Assembly (NCBI RefSeq): GCF_001457615.1 | Contig: NZ_LN831024.1 | Span: forward strand, 1,410,001-1,442,000 | Direction: 5' to 3' | DNA: 32,000 bases | Origin: Pseudomonas aeruginosa | GTDB taxonomy: Bacteria > Pseudomonadota > Gammaproteobacteria > Pseudomonadales > Pseudomonadaceae | In this document: positions 1 through 16,720 of the stretch, piece after piece | Numbering within the stretch: position 1 is the stretch's first letter | Layout of the letters: every line of letters begins with the position of its first letter | The notes under the pieces: model-generated | What the model was told of the DNA's origin: nothing | The model's database searches: none | What the model saw: only the letters and a program-made list of their open reading frames with translations | Position numbers and translations under genes: made by a program

Positions 1-564
1 AAATACAAGGGCGAGCCGACGCGCCTGGTGATCGGTGACCACAACGTGATCCGCGAAGGCGTGACCATCCATCGCGGAACCGTCCAGGATCGCGCGGAAA
101 CCACCATTGGCGACCACAACCTGATCATGGCCTATGCGCACATCGGCCATGACAGCGTGATCGGCAACCATTGCATCCTGGTGAACAACACGGCGCTGGC
201 CGGGCATGTCCACGTGGACGACTGGGCGATCCTGTCCGGCTACACCCTGGTGCACCAGTACTGCCGGATCGGCGCGCACAGCTTTTCCGGCATGGGCAGC
301 GCCATCGGCAAGGACGTCCCGGCCTACGTGACGGTCTTCGGCAACCCGGCCGAAGCCCGCAGCATGAACTTCGAAGGCATGCGTCGGCGCGGCTTCAGCA
401 GCGAGGCCATCCATGCCCTGCGGCGTGCCTACAAGGTGGTCTATCGCCAGGGACATACCGTCGAGGAAGCCCTGGCCGAGCTGGCCGAAAGCGCTGCCCA
501 GTTCCCCGAGGTCGCGGTGTTCCGTGATTCCATCCAGAGCGCAACCCGCGGCATCACCCGCTGA
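1..564 (+). CDS. lpxA: acyl-ACP:UDP-N-acetylglucosamine O-acyltransferase LpxA, 3' portion (5' end lies outside the window)
   Basis: Frame 1 is open from base 1 (KYKGEPTRLVIGDHNVIREGVTIHRGT...). It shows imperfect hexapeptide repeats (IGDHN / IGHDS / IGNHC) typical of left-handed beta-helix acyltransferases. Stop at 562-564. lpxB follows 3 nt later and then rnhB, the conserved lipid A cluster order. Confidence 0.92.
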   Translation, partial: KYKGEPTRLVIGDHNVIREGVTIHRGTVQDRAETTIGDHNLIMAYAHIGHDSVIGNHCILVNNTALAGHVHVDDWAILSGYTLVHQYCRIGAHSFSGMGSAIGKDVPAYVTVFGNPAEARSMNFEGMRRRGFSSEAIHALRRAYKVVYRQGHTVEEALAELAESAAQFPEVAVFRDSIQSATRGITR

Positions 565-567
565 GCC

Positions 568-1704
568 ATGGCTGACGGATTACGCGTAGCCCTGGTCGCC
601 GGCGAGGCCTCCGGCGACATCCTCGGGTCCGGACTGATGCAGGCGCTGCGGGCGCGGCACCCGGATATCGAGTTCATCGGCGTCGGTGGGCCGCGCATGG
701 AGGCCGAAGGGCTGTCCAGCTATTTCCCCATGGAGCGCCTGTCGGTGATGGGCCTGGTCGAAGTGCTGGGCAGGCTGCCGGAGTTGTTGCGACGGCGCAA
801 GCGGCTGATCCGCACGCTCATCGAGGCCCGGCCGGATGTGATGATCGGCATCGATGCTCCCGACTTCACCCTCGGCGTCGAACACAAGCTGCGCCAGGCT
901 GGCCTGCGCACCGTGCATTACGTCAGCCCTTCGGTATGGGCCTGGCGGCAGAAGCGGGTGCTGAAGATTCGCGAAGCCTGCGACCTGATGCTGGCATTGT
1001 TCCCCTTCGAAGCACGTTTCTACGAAGAGCATGGGGTGCCTGTGCGTTTCGTCGGCCACCCCCTGGCCAACACCATTCCCCTGCAGGCGGATCGCGCTGC
1101 GGCCCGCGCGCGGCTCGGATTGCCGGCGGACGGACAGGTGCTGGCGCTGATGCCGGGCAGTCGCGGCGGCGAGGTCGGCAAGCTCGGCGCCTTGTTCCTC
1201 GACACCGCCCAGCGTCTGCTCGTCGAACGGCCGGGCTTGCGTTTCGTGCTGCCCTGCGCCAGCGCTGCACGGCGCGAACAGATCGAGCAGATGCTCCAGG
1301 GCCGCGAGCCTCTGCCGCTGACGCTGCTCGACGGTGCGTCCCATGAAGCGCTTGCCGCCTGCGATGCGGTGCTGATCGCCTCCGGTACCGCGACCCTCGA
1401 GGCGCTGCTCTACAAGCGGCCCATGGTGGTGGCTTATCGGGTCGCCGGGCTGACGTACCGGATTCTCAAGCGCCTGGTGAAAAGCCCGTACATCTCCCTG
1501 CCGAACCTGTTGGCCGGACGCCTGTTGGTGCCGGAACTGATCCAGGACGCCGCCACCCCGCAAGCGCTAGCCGCAACCCTCTCGCCGCTGCTGGACGACG
1601 GCTCGCAGCAGGTGGAATTCTTCGATGCCATCCATCGGGCCTTGCGCCAGGATGCCTCGGCACAGGCGGCGGAAGCCGTCCTGCAACTGGTGGAGCGCCG
1701 CTGA
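568..1704 (+). CDS. lpxB: lipid-A-disaccharide synthase
   Basis: 378-aa ORF with an N-terminal [15 protein letters not shown] motif typical of LpxB (GT19). ATG lies 3 nt after the lpxA stop. Its stop overlaps the rnhB start (cTGATG at 1702-1706). Confidence 0.95.
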   Translation: MADGLRVALVAGEASGDILGSGLMQALRARHPDIEFIGVGGPRMEAEGLSSYFPMERLSVMGLVEVLGRLPELLRRRKRLIRTLIEARPDVMIGIDAPDFTLGVEHKLRQAGLRTVHYVSPSVWAWRQKRVLKIREACDLMLALFPFEARFYEEHGVPVRFVGHPLANTIPLQADRAAARARLGLPADGQVLALMPGSRGGEVGKLGALFLDTAQRLLVERPGLRFVLPCASAARREQIEQMLQGREPLPLTLLDGASHEALAACDAVLIASGTATLEALLYKRPMVVAYRVAGLTYRILKRLVKSPYISLPNLLAGRLLVPELIQDAATPQALAATLSPLLDDGSQQVEFFDAIHRALRQDASAQAAEAVLQLVERR

Positions 1705-2309
1705 TGCAACTGGGTCTGGATTTCAATCTGGTGGAGGATCTGGTCGCGGGCGTCGACGAGGTCGGTCGCGGTCCGTTGTGCGGCCCGGTGGTCACCGCCG
1801 CGGTGATTCTCGACCCGAGCCGCCCGATCCTCGGCCTGAACGACTCGAAGAAGCTCAGCGAAGCCCGCCGCGAGGCGCTGTTCGAAGAGATCCGCGAGAA
1901 GGCCCTGGCCTGGTGCATCGCCCGCGCCGAGGTCGAGGAGATCGACCGGCTGAACATTCTGCATGCCACCATGCTCGCCATGCAGCGCGCGGTCGAAGGC
2001 CTCAGCGTGACTCCGCGGCTGGCCCTGATCGACGGCAATCGTTGTCCGAAACTGGCGGTGCCCTGCGCGCCGGTGGTCAAGGGCGACAGCCAGGTGCCGG
2101 CGATCGCTGCGGCGTCGATCCTGGCCAAGGTCAGTCGCGACCGGGAAATGGTCGAGCTGGACCGGGTCTATCCGGGCTATGGCATGGCCGGGCACAAGGG
2201 ATATCCGACCGCGGTCCATCTCGAGGCGCTTTCCCGCCTCGGCCCGACGCCGATCCATCGACGCTCGTTTGCGCCGGTTCGCGAATTGCTGGACGTCTCT
2301 GTTCAATAA
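1704..2309 (+). CDS. rnhB: ribonuclease HII
   Basis: 201-aa ORF with RNase HII catalytic motifs [13 protein letters not shown] and NDSKKLS. Its start is coupled to the lpxB stop. Confidence 0.95.
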   Translation: MQLGLDFNLVEDLVAGVDEVGRGPLCGPVVTAAVILDPSRPILGLNDSKKLSEARREALFEEIREKALAWCIARAEVEEIDRLNILHATMLAMQRAVEGLSVTPRLALIDGNRCPKLAVPCAPVVKGDSQVPAIAAASILAKVSRDREMVELDRVYPGYGMAGHKGYPTAVHLEALSRLGPTPIHRRSFAPVRELLDVSVQ

Positions 2310-2525
2310 TTGAACGGATGTCGCGTGACTGACCGTATCTGTCGCCTGGTGACAAGCGGCGAGCGACGTCAATAGCGGAAAGTCCTGCCCCTTCCTGCCA
2401 AGTGCCATTCACAGCGAAATTTCCTTCGGCTCGCACGTCATTCCGTGTGTGTCCGAAACACGCGGCCTTCTACCCGGGAGGTCGGCTGACAACAATCCGC
2501 CACAAGCGGAACAGGGGAGTTATCC

Positions 2526-3941
2526 ATGCAAGAATTCGCCACTCAGGTCGTCGACCTGCTCAACGGCCTTATCTGGGGCAAGATCCTCATCTGGCTGCTG
2601 GTCGGTTGCGGCCTGTACTTCACCGTGCGCCTGGGGCTGATCCAGTTCCGCCACTTCGGTCATACCTTCAGCGTGCTCAAGGGCAGCCGCCAGTCGGACG
2701 ACTCGGGAATCTCCTCGTTCCAGGCGCTCTGCACCTCTCTGGCGGCGCGGGTCGGTACCGGCAACGTCGCCGGCGTGGCGGTAGCGATCACGCTCGGCGG
2801 TCCCGGCGCAGTGTTCTGGATGTGGGCGATCGCCCTGGTGGGGATGGCGACCGGCTTCGTCGAGGCGACCCTGGCCCAGTTGTTCAAGATTCGCGACGAC
2901 AAGGGCCAGTTCCGTGGCGGCCCGGCCTACTACATGGAGAAGGGCCTGGGCGCGCGCTGGATGGGCATCCTGTTCTCGATCTTCCTGATCATCGCCTTCG
3001 GTTTCGTCTTCAACTCGGTGCAGGCCAATACCATCACCGGTGCCATGCAGGGCGCCTTCGGCGTGCCGACCTGGATCAGCGGCATCGCCGTGGTGATCCT
3101 CACCGCGTTGATCATCTTCGGCGGCCTGCGTTCCATCGCGCGCTTCTCCGAACTGGCGGTACCCTTCATGGCGGTGGCCTACCTGCTGCTGGCGGTGGGC
3201 ATCATCCTGTTCAACCTCAGCGAACTGCCGGGCGTCCTGGCGATGGTGGTGAAGAGTGCCTTCGGCTGGCACGAGGCCGCCGCCGGCGGCATCGGCGCGG
3301 CGATCCTCAACGGCTTCAAGCGCGGCCTGTTCTCCAACGAAGCAGGCATGGGCTCGGCGCCCAACGCCGCCGCCTCGGCCACGCCCTATCCGCCGCACCC
3401 GGCGTCCCAGGGCTACGTGCAGATGGCCGGCGTGTTCATCGATACCCTGCTGATCTGTACCGCTTCCGCCGCCATCATCCTGCTGGCCGGACCGCAGGAA
3501 GGCGAGGGCATCATGCTGGTGCAGAATGCCCTGACCAGCCAGGTCGGCGACTGGGGCCGCTATTTCCTGGCGGTGATCATCCTGTTCTTCGCCTTCACCT
3601 CGATCGTCGCCAACTACTTCTATGCCGAGAACTGCCTGGTATTCCTCGAGCACAACCACCTGGCGGGCCTGTTGATCTTCCGTCTGATCGTGCTGGCGAT
3701 GGTGATGTTCGGCGCGCTGGCTTCGCTGCCGTTCGTCTGGAACCTTGCCGACGTGTCGATGGGCCTGATGGCGATCACCAACCTGATCGCCATCCTGCTG
3801 CTGTCCAACCTCGCGATCAAGCTGGCCAAGGACTACAACGCCCAGCGCAAGGCCGGCAAGCTGCCGACCTTCGACGCCAGCCAGTTCCCGGAAGTCCAGC
3901 AGAAGCTCGAGCCGGGCATCTGGGACGACCGCCGCGCCTGA
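2526..3941 (+). CDS. alanine/glycine:cation symporter (AGCS) family transporter
   Basis: 471-aa polytopic hydrophobic ORF carrying GLFSNEAGMGSAP, a motif I associate with the AGCS family. Shine-Dalgarno AGGGGAG at 2513-2519, 6 nt before the ATG. Confidence 0.85.
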   Translation: MQEFATQVVDLLNGLIWGKILIWLLVGCGLYFTVRLGLIQFRHFGHTFSVLKGSRQSDDSGISSFQALCTSLAARVGTGNVAGVAVAITLGGPGAVFWMWAIALVGMATGFVEATLAQLFKIRDDKGQFRGGPAYYMEKGLGARWMGILFSIFLIIAFGFVFNSVQANTITGAMQGAFGVPTWISGIAVVILTALIIFGGLRSIARFSELAVPFMAVAYLLLAVGIILFNLSELPGVLAMVVKSAFGWHEAAAGGIGAAILNGFKRGLFSNEAGMGSAPNAAASATPYPPHPASQGYVQMAGVFIDTLLICTASAAIILLAGPQEGEGIMLVQNALTSQVGDWGRYFLAVIILFFAFTSIVANYFYAENCLVFLEHNHLAGLLIFRLIVLAMVMFGALASLPFVWNLADVSMGLMAITNLIAILLLSNLAIKLAKDYNAQRKAGKLPTFDASQFPEVQQKLEPGIWDDRRA

Positions 3942-4014
3942 GCGCGGGGCGGGCGAGGCTTCTCGGCGCAGCCGAGGCGCATCGTCCGCTCTTGAACCTG
4001 TAGCTTTGCCACCG

Positions 4015-4045
4015 GGCCCGGTACAATCCGGGCCTTGTCGTTTTT
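4015..4045 (+). terminator. rho-independent terminator after the AGCS transporter gene
   Basis: Perfect 7-bp stem GGCCCGG (4015-4021) / CCGGGCC (4028-4034) with loop TACAAT, followed by the T-rich TTGTCGTTTTT. Confidence 0.7.
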
Positions 4046-4070
4046 GCGTTATTTCTGCTCCGGGGCCTTC

Positions 4071-7592
<3,522 letters not shown>

Positions 7593-7741
7593 TCGCGATG
7601 GGCGATAACGCCGTTGTTCCGCGCTCTGCGGCGGGAAAACGCGGATCGCCCTTGCTCCCGGCTCGACCCCTGGCGCCCGATCCCGTAAGGTAGGGCGCCA
7701 AACGGAAACGGCCCACTAGAATCTGCGCACGACGGAAGCCT

Positions 7742-8692
7742 ATGAACCCGAACTTTCTTGATTTCGAACAGCCGATCGCCGACCTGCAAGCCAAGATCGA
7801 AGAGCTGCGCCTGGTGGGCAACGACAATGCGCTGAACATCAGCGACGAAATCTCGCGTCTGCAGGACAAGAGCAAGGCGCTCACCGAAAACATCTTCGGC
7901 AATCTGTCCAGTTGGCAGATCGCCCAGCTCGCGCGCCATCCCAAGCGTCCCTATACCCTCGACTACATCGGCTACCTGTTCAGCGATTTCGAGGAACTGC
8001 ACGGCGACCGGCATTTCGCCGACGACCCGGCGATCGTCGGCGGCGTTGCCCGCCTCGACGGTTCCCCGGTGATGGTCATCGGCCACCAGAAGGGCCGCGA
8101 AGTCCGTGAGAAGGTCCGGCGCAACTTCGGCATGCCGCGTCCGGAAGGCTATCGCAAGGCCTGCCGCCTGATGGAAATGGCCGAACGCTTCAAGATGCCG
8201 ATCCTCACCTTCATCGACACGCCCGGCGCCTACCCGGGGATCGATGCCGAGGAACGCGGCCAGAGCGAGGCGATCGCCTGGAACCTGCGGGTGATGGCGC
8301 GACTGAAGACGCCGATCATCGCCACCGTGATCGGCGAGGGCGGTTCCGGCGGCGCGCTGGCCATCGGTGTCTGCGACCAGTTGAACATGCTGCAATACTC
8401 CACCTATTCGGTGATCTCGCCGGAAGGCTGCGCCTCCATCCTCTGGAAGACCGCCGAGAAGGCGCCGGAAGCCGCCGAGGCCATGGGCATCACCGCCGAG
8501 CGCCTGAAAGGCCTGGGCATCGTCGACAAGGTCATCGACGAACCGCTGGGCGGCGCCCATCGCGATCCGGCGAGCATGGCCGAATCGATCCGTGGCGAAC
8601 TGCTGGCGCAACTGAAGATGCTCCAGGGCCTGGAAATGGGTGAGTTGCTGGAGCGTCGTTACGACCGCCTGATGAGCTACGGCGCGCCGTAA
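7742..8692 (+). CDS. accA: acetyl-CoA carboxylase carboxyltransferase alpha subunit
   Basis: 316-aa ORF beginning [23 protein letters not shown], containing [23 protein letters not shown], typical of AccA. Confidence 0.95.
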   Translation: MNPNFLDFEQPIADLQAKIEELRLVGNDNALNISDEISRLQDKSKALTENIFGNLSSWQIAQLARHPKRPYTLDYIGYLFSDFEELHGDRHFADDPAIVGGVARLDGSPVMVIGHQKGREVREKVRRNFGMPRPEGYRKACRLMEMAERFKMPILTFIDTPGAYPGIDAEERGQSEAIAWNLRVMARLKTPIIATVIGEGGSGGALAIGVCDQLNMLQYSTYSVISPEGCASILWKTAEKAPEAAEAMGITAERLKGLGIVDKVIDEPLGGAHRDPASMAESIRGELLAQLKMLQGLEMGELLERRYDRLMSYGAP

Positions 8693-8715
8693 GCCATCCG
8701 GCGCACTGGTACGAT

Positions 8716-8745
8716 CGACAAGCCCGGCATTCGCCGGGCTTGTCG
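8716..8745 (+). terminator. 13-bp perfect stem-loop downstream of accA (possible terminator or attenuator, no U-tract)
   Basis: CGACAAGCCCGGC (8716-8728), loop ATTC, GCCGGGCTTGTCG (8733-8745). It ends 3 nt before the GAGGAG Shine-Dalgarno of tilS (8749-8754). Confidence 0.45.
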
Positions 8746-8761
8746 CATGAGGAGCGCAAGA

Positions 8762-10090
8762 ATGCCGGCGGTGCCGCTCGAATCCCGTCTGTTACAGGCC
8801 CTGGCGCCCTGGCGCGAAGCGGGGGGCTGGTGCGTGGCGTTTTCCGGCGGGCTGGATTCCACGGTGTTGCTGCATCTGCTCGCCCAACTGGCCCGGAGCG
8901 AAGCCTTGCCGGCGCTGTCGGCGCTGCATGTCCACCATGGCTTGCAGGCTGCGGCGGACGGTTGGCCGGCGCACTGCCAGGCGGTCTGCCGGTCGCTGGG
9001 TATCCCGCTGCGGGTCGAGCGGGTGCAGGTCGCCGTTGGCGGCAGCATCGAGCAGGCGGCGCGCGACGCCCGCTATCGCGCATTCCAGGCGAACCTGGGC
9101 GAGGGACAGGTGCTGCTCACCGCGCAGCACCTCGACGACCAGGCCGAGACCTTGCTGTTCCGCCTGTTGCGTGGAGCGGGCCTGCGCGGCCTGGCGGCGA
9201 TGCCGGCGAGCCGGCCGCTGGGCGGTGGCCGCCTGTGCCGACCCTTGCTCGGGGTTTCCCGCGCCGAACTGGAAGCCTATGCGCAGGCGCACCGGCTGGA
9301 CTGGGTGGAGGATCCTTCCAACCAGGATCCGCGCTTCTCGCGCAACTACCTGCGCCGGGAGATCATGCCGCGTCTCGCCTCCCACTGGCCGCAGGCCGTC
9401 GCCGGCATGGCGCGCTGCGCGGCGCATCTGCGCGAGGCCGAAGACCTGCTGGCTGAACTGGCCGCCATCGACCTCCGGGCCTGCCGCCAACCCTCGGAAC
9501 TGGATTGGCCGGACTGGCTGGATCTGCCCCGGATCGCCCTGGAGCCTCTGCGCCGCCTCAGCGCTGCGCGCCAGCGCAACCTGCTGCGGGCCTGGCTGGG
9601 ACAGCTGACGCGGTTGCCGGACAGTGACCACTGGGCCGGTTGGGAGTCGTTGCGCGATGCCGGCGACGATGCCGACCCGATCTGGCGCCTGGAGAGCGGC
9701 GAGCTGCGTCGCGGCGCGGGGCGGATCTGGTGGTTGCCGGCGGACTGGCGGGCGGCGGCGGGACCGTTCGTCTGGGAGCGTCCCGCTCATCCATTGCTTC
9801 TTCCCGGCAATGGTCGGCTGGCGTTGCTCGGCGAGGTTCCGGCGGGACCGTTGCGCGTCGACTACCGGCGGGGTGGGGAGGTGCTGGCCCTGGCCGGGCG
9901 CGGTCGCCGCGACCTCAAGCGATTGCTCAACGAAGCGGGCGTACCGAGCTTCCTGCGCGGTCGTTTGCCGCTGCTCTTCCGAGCCGACGAACTGCTCGCG
10001 GTGGCCAACATTCCTGGCCTGGACAGTCCCCGCGAGGGGGGCTGGCGACTGTCCTGGAGCCCGCCGACGAACGACCCGGGTTTGAGCTAG
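8762..10090 (+). CDS. tilS: tRNA(Ile)-lysidine synthetase
   Basis: PP-loop ATPase motif AFSGGLDSTVLLHLL. I chose ATG 8762 (442 aa) because GAGGAG lies 7 nt upstream. The track start at 8747 directly abuts the hairpin. Confidence 0.9.
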   Translation: MPAVPLESRLLQALAPWREAGGWCVAFSGGLDSTVLLHLLAQLARSEALPALSALHVHHGLQAAADGWPAHCQAVCRSLGIPLRVERVQVAVGGSIEQAARDARYRAFQANLGEGQVLLTAQHLDDQAETLLFRLLRGAGLRGLAAMPASRPLGGGRLCRPLLGVSRAELEAYAQAHRLDWVEDPSNQDPRFSRNYLRREIMPRLASHWPQAVAGMARCAAHLREAEDLLAELAAIDLRACRQPSELDWPDWLDLPRIALEPLRRLSAARQRNLLRAWLGQLTRLPDSDHWAGWESLRDAGDDADPIWRLESGELRRGAGRIWWLPADWRAAAGPFVWERPAHPLLLPGNGRLALLGEVPAGPLRVDYRRGGEVLALAGRGRRDLKRLLNEAGVPSFLRGRLPLLFRADELLAVANIPGLDSPREGGWRLSWSPPTNDPGLS

Positions 10091-10245
10091 TAAGCCGTTT
10101 CCAGTAGACTACGCTCCCGTCTTGTACTGCTCCCGCCGATTCCCTCCGGAATCAGCAGGAGTTTGCTTTGCCCACGGATTTGTCCGTGGCGGGAGCTGGC
10201 CTCCCTTCTCCGAATCCCCGGCGGTTGATCCCGCCTAAACGCTGA

Positions 10246-14072
<3,827 letters not shown>

Positions 14073-14090
14073 GCCTAGTCTGGTACGGTG

Positions 14091-14122
14091 AAGGGGTGGC
14101 AAGAGCCACCCCTTTTCTTCTC
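14091..14122 (+). terminator. rho-independent terminator or attenuator after eno
   Basis: 10-bp stem AAGGGGTGGC (14091-14100) / GCCACCCCTT (14105-14114) with loop AAGA, followed by TTCTTCTC. Confidence 0.7.
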
Positions 14123-14136
14123 AAGGAGTTCGAGGC

Positions 14137-14421
14137 TTGAGGTTACGTAGCCCCTACTGGCTGTTCGTGGTGCTGATCCTGGCGCTGGCGGGCCTGCAAT
14201 ATCGCCTGTGGGTCGGCGATGGCAGCCTGGCGCAGGTGCGCGACCTGCAGAAGCAGATCGCCGACCAGCATGGCGAGAACGAGCGCCTGCTGGAGCGCAA
14301 CCGGATTCTCGAAGCCGAAGTCGCCGAGCTGAAGAAAGGCACCGAGACCGTCGAGGAGCGTGCGCGGCACGAGCTCGGCATGGTCAAGGACGGCGAAACC
14401 CTCTACCAGCTCGCCAAGTGA
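14137..14421 (+). CDS. ftsB: cell division protein FtsB
   Basis: 94-aa ORF with one N-terminal TM segment (YWLFVVLILALAGLQY) followed by a coiled-coil. TTG start 8 nt after AAGGAG (14123-14128). Located between eno and ispD, as in other gammaproteobacteria. Confidence 0.88.
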   Translation: MRLRSPYWLFVVLILALAGLQYRLWVGDGSLAQVRDLQKQIADQHGENERLLERNRILEAEVAELKKGTETVEERARHELGMVKDGETLYQLAK

Positions 14422-14440
14422 GCTGACGACCCTTCTCCCG

Positions 14441-15144
14441 ATGACGACTTCCGACCTTCCCGCCTTCTGGACGGTGATCCCCGCCGCCGGCGTGGGTTCG
14501 CGCATGCGCGCCGACCGCCCGAAGCAATATCTCGATCTTGCCGGTCGCACCGTGATCGAGCGCACCCTCGATTGTTTCCTCGAACACCCGATGCTCAGGG
14601 GCGTGGTGGTCTGCCTGGCCGAGGACGATCCCTACTGGCCCGGGCTGGACTGCGCCGCCAGCCGGCATGTGCAGCGCGCCGCCGGGGGCGCCGAGCGCGC
14701 CGGCTCGGTGTTGAACGGCTTGCTGCGCCTGCTGGAGTTGGGGCACAGGCCGACGACTGGGTGCTGGTGCATGACGCCGCGCGGCCGAACCTGACCCGCG
14801 GCGACCTCGACCACCTGCTCGAAGAACTCGCCGAAGATCCGGTCGGCGGGCTGCTGGCGGTGCCGGCGAGGGACACTCTCAAGCGCTCCGACCGCGACGG
14901 CCGGGTCAGCGAAACCATCGACCGCTCGGTGGTCTGGCTGGCCTATACGCCGCAGATGTTCCGCCTCGGCGCCCTGCACCGGGCGCTGGCCGATGCGTTG
15001 GTGGCCGGCGTGGCGATCACCGACGAGGCTTCGGCGATGGAGTGGGCCGGCTATGCGCCGAAGCTGGTGGAAGGGCGCGCCGACAACCTGAAGATCACCA
15101 CCCCGGAAGACCTGCTGCGCCTGCAGCGCAGTTTTCCACACTGA
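14441..15144 (+). pseudogene. ispD: 2-C-methyl-D-erythritol 4-phosphate cytidylyltransferase (IspD), reading frame broken by a 1-nt deficit at G-run 14740-14743
   Basis: ATG 14441 gives MTTSDLPAFWTVIPAAGVGSRMRADRPKQYL...LLRLLELG. After this come 16 aberrant codons and TGA at 14792-14794. The remainder (AQADDWVLVHDAARPNL...KITTPEDLLRLQRSF) is open in the adjacent frame from 14743 to the stop at 15142-15144. Adding one G restores a 234-aa ORF. Confidence 0.9.
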
Positions 15145-15152
15145 ACCCTGGC

Positions 15153-15190
15153 ACAAGAAAGCCGACCCTCGGGTCGGCTTTCTTGTCGTT
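15153..15190. terminator. strong stem-loop between convergent ispD and the tusA-like gene
   Basis: About 15-bp stem 15153-15167 (ACAAGAAAGCCGACC) / 15172-15186 (GGTCGGCTTTCTTGT). The 3' arm is U-rich when read on the + strand. Confidence 0.7.
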
Positions 15191-15204
15191 GCAGGCTCGC
15201 TCGT

Positions 15205-15453
15205 TCAGCTTTCCAGCGGCACCTCTATGAGGAAGCGGAACAGCGCGCCATGCTGCTCCACCGCCAGGCATTTGTAGCCCTGGCGCTGGGTATCTTCGGG
15301 AATCCCGTGGACCGATTGCGAGCAGTCGGTGACCACTTCCAGGCGTTCGCCCGGCTGCATGGTCGCCAGGGTTTCCAGGGTGGCGATGGCGTTGTACGGG
15401 CAATGTTCGCCGCGCAGGTCAAGCGACAGGGTCGGTTTGTCGGTCTGGCTCAT
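15205..15453 (-). CDS. TusA/YeeD (SirA-like) family sulfur-carrier protein
   Basis: 82-aa ORF. LDLRGEHCPYN... carries the conserved reactive Cys-Pro near the N-terminus, with the family's GERLEVVTD pattern after it. It lies immediately downstream of, and overlapping, a YeeE-like gene, the typical pairing. Confidence 0.8.
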   Translation of the reverse strand: MSQTDKPTLSLDLRGEHCPYNAIATLETLATMQPGERLEVVTDCSQSVHGIPEDTQRQGYKCLAVEQHGALFRFLIEVPLES

Positions 15454-16645
15454 GGTTCGGTTTCCGCGGTCGGGTGAATCGGGAGGCGTTCAGTTGCACC
15501 AGCAGCAGGCACAGGGCCAGGCCGGCGAAGGTCAATAGCAGGCCGTTGCCGGGCCCGAAGCTTTCCAGCAGGTTGAGCTTGGGATAGGGCAGGGCGAGGC
15601 GGGTGCCCAACTGGTCCCAAAAGATCGCCACCAGGGTTCCGCCGATGACGTTGCCGATGCCGACCACCCAGAAGTGCACCTGGCCCTCCATCGAGCGGTA
15701 CATCCAGCCGGTCTCGCAACCGCCGGCGAGGACGATGCCGATGCCGAAGAGAATGCCGCCGATGATCGCATTCGGGCCCATCCAGAAGATCTTCGGCGCG
15801 ACGCCCAGGCGGATCGCGGCGAAGGTACCGATGCAGGCGGCCGCCATGCCGAGCAGGATGCCGAAGGCGGCGCGGGTCCGGCCGGTGGTCCAGAGGTCCC
15901 GTGCGGCACTGGTGAAGCAGATCTGCGCGCGCTCGATCAGGCCGCCGAACAGCAGGCCGAACAGGCAGGCCATGCCCAGCACCAGCGATACCTCGAAGCG
16001 CCAGGCGGCGAACAGCGCGGCGAGCGCCAGCACCGCCAGGCCCAGGCGGGCCTGCAGGCGTGCGCGTCGGGCCAGGCTTTCGGCGCTGGGCAGGGCGCTG
16101 GCCGTGGCGCCGACTTTCAGCGGTGTGCGCAGGAACGGCAGCAGGCTGATCTTCACGCCGATCCAGGCGCCGCCGACGGTGGCGAACATGAAGGCCCAGG
16201 CGTGCAGGGAAAACATCGGGATACCGGTGAAGAACGCCGCCAGGTTGCAGCCCATCGCCAGGCGCGCGCCGAAGCCGGCGACGATACCGCCGACCAGACC
16301 CTGCAGCAGGCGACGTTTGCTGGTCGGCCAGCGCAGGCTGACGTTGCCGGCCCAGAGGGCGCAGCACAGGGCGCCGAGGAACATGCCGATGATCATCACT
16401 CCGTCGATCCGGTCCAGCGGCGTGCCTTGAAGGCCGATCAGCCTGAAGTAGCTCCAGTCCTGTGGCTGGTAGCCGAACCAGGACAGCACGTGGCCGCCCC
16501 AGCGGGTGAATTCGCCGGTCACCGCCCAGAAGGTGCCGGTGAGCGCGAAGTAGTAGGCGGAGGCGACGCCGAGGGCGACCAGCGCCGGCAGCGGCGACCA
16601 GAACCTCACCAGGTAGCGTTGGCGAAACGCATTGAAGGCAGACAT
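15419..16645 (-). CDS. YeeE/YedE family inner-membrane sulfur (thiosulfate) transport protein
   Basis: 408-aa highly hydrophobic multi-TM ORF with Cys-containing motifs (LAMGCNLAAF, LAGGCETGWMY) reminiscent of YeeE/YedE sulfur-transport domains. Its 3' end overlaps the tusA-like start by 35 nt. Confidence 0.8.
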   Translation of the reverse strand: MSAFNAFRQRYLVRFWSPLPALVALGVASAYYFALTGTFWAVTGEFTRWGGHVLSWFGYQPQDWSYFRLIGLQGTPLDRIDGVMIIGMFLGALCCALWAGNVSLRWPTSKRRLLQGLVGGIVAGFGARLAMGCNLAAFFTGIPMFSLHAWAFMFATVGGAWIGVKISLLPFLRTPLKVGATASALPSAESLARRARLQARLGLAVLALAALFAAWRFEVSLVLGMACLFGLLFGGLIERAQICFTSAARDLWTTGRTRAAFGILLGMAAACIGTFAAIRLGVAPKIFWMGPNAIIGGILFGIGIVLAGGCETGWMYRSMEGQVHFWVVGIGNVIGGTLVAIFWDQLGTRLALPYPKLNLLESFGPGNGLLLTFAGLALCLLLVQLNASRFTRPRKPNHEPDRQTDPVA

Positions 16646-16720
16646 GCGACTTCCTTGAATCGATAGCGGGTGGAACGGGAAACCGCCAAGTCTATCGCAG
16701 CGGTGAATCGCCTTACTGCT

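Noticed and set aside
2310-2525. Possible glycine riboswitch upstream of the AGCS symporter
   Set aside because: I could not find the conserved glycine-riboswitch core elements by eye. Only weak generic hairpins are present.
4035-4070. N-terminal extensions proposed by the ORF track for dnaE (4035), tilS (8747), eno (12771), adhC (17713), rpoS (23759), mutS (to 28282), the TolB-like gene (to 29391) and recX (31180)
   Set aside because: In each case an internal start gives the canonical family N-terminus and/or has a better-placed Shine-Dalgarno. Several of the extensions begin inside terminators or in the upstream gene.
16646-16720. Short inverted repeats (CGATAG...CTATCG; GGTGG...CCGCC) between gfnR and the yeeE-like gene as a possible terminator
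   Set aside because: The stems are only 5-6 bp with a long loop and no U-tract on the transcribed (minus) strand. This is too weak to call.
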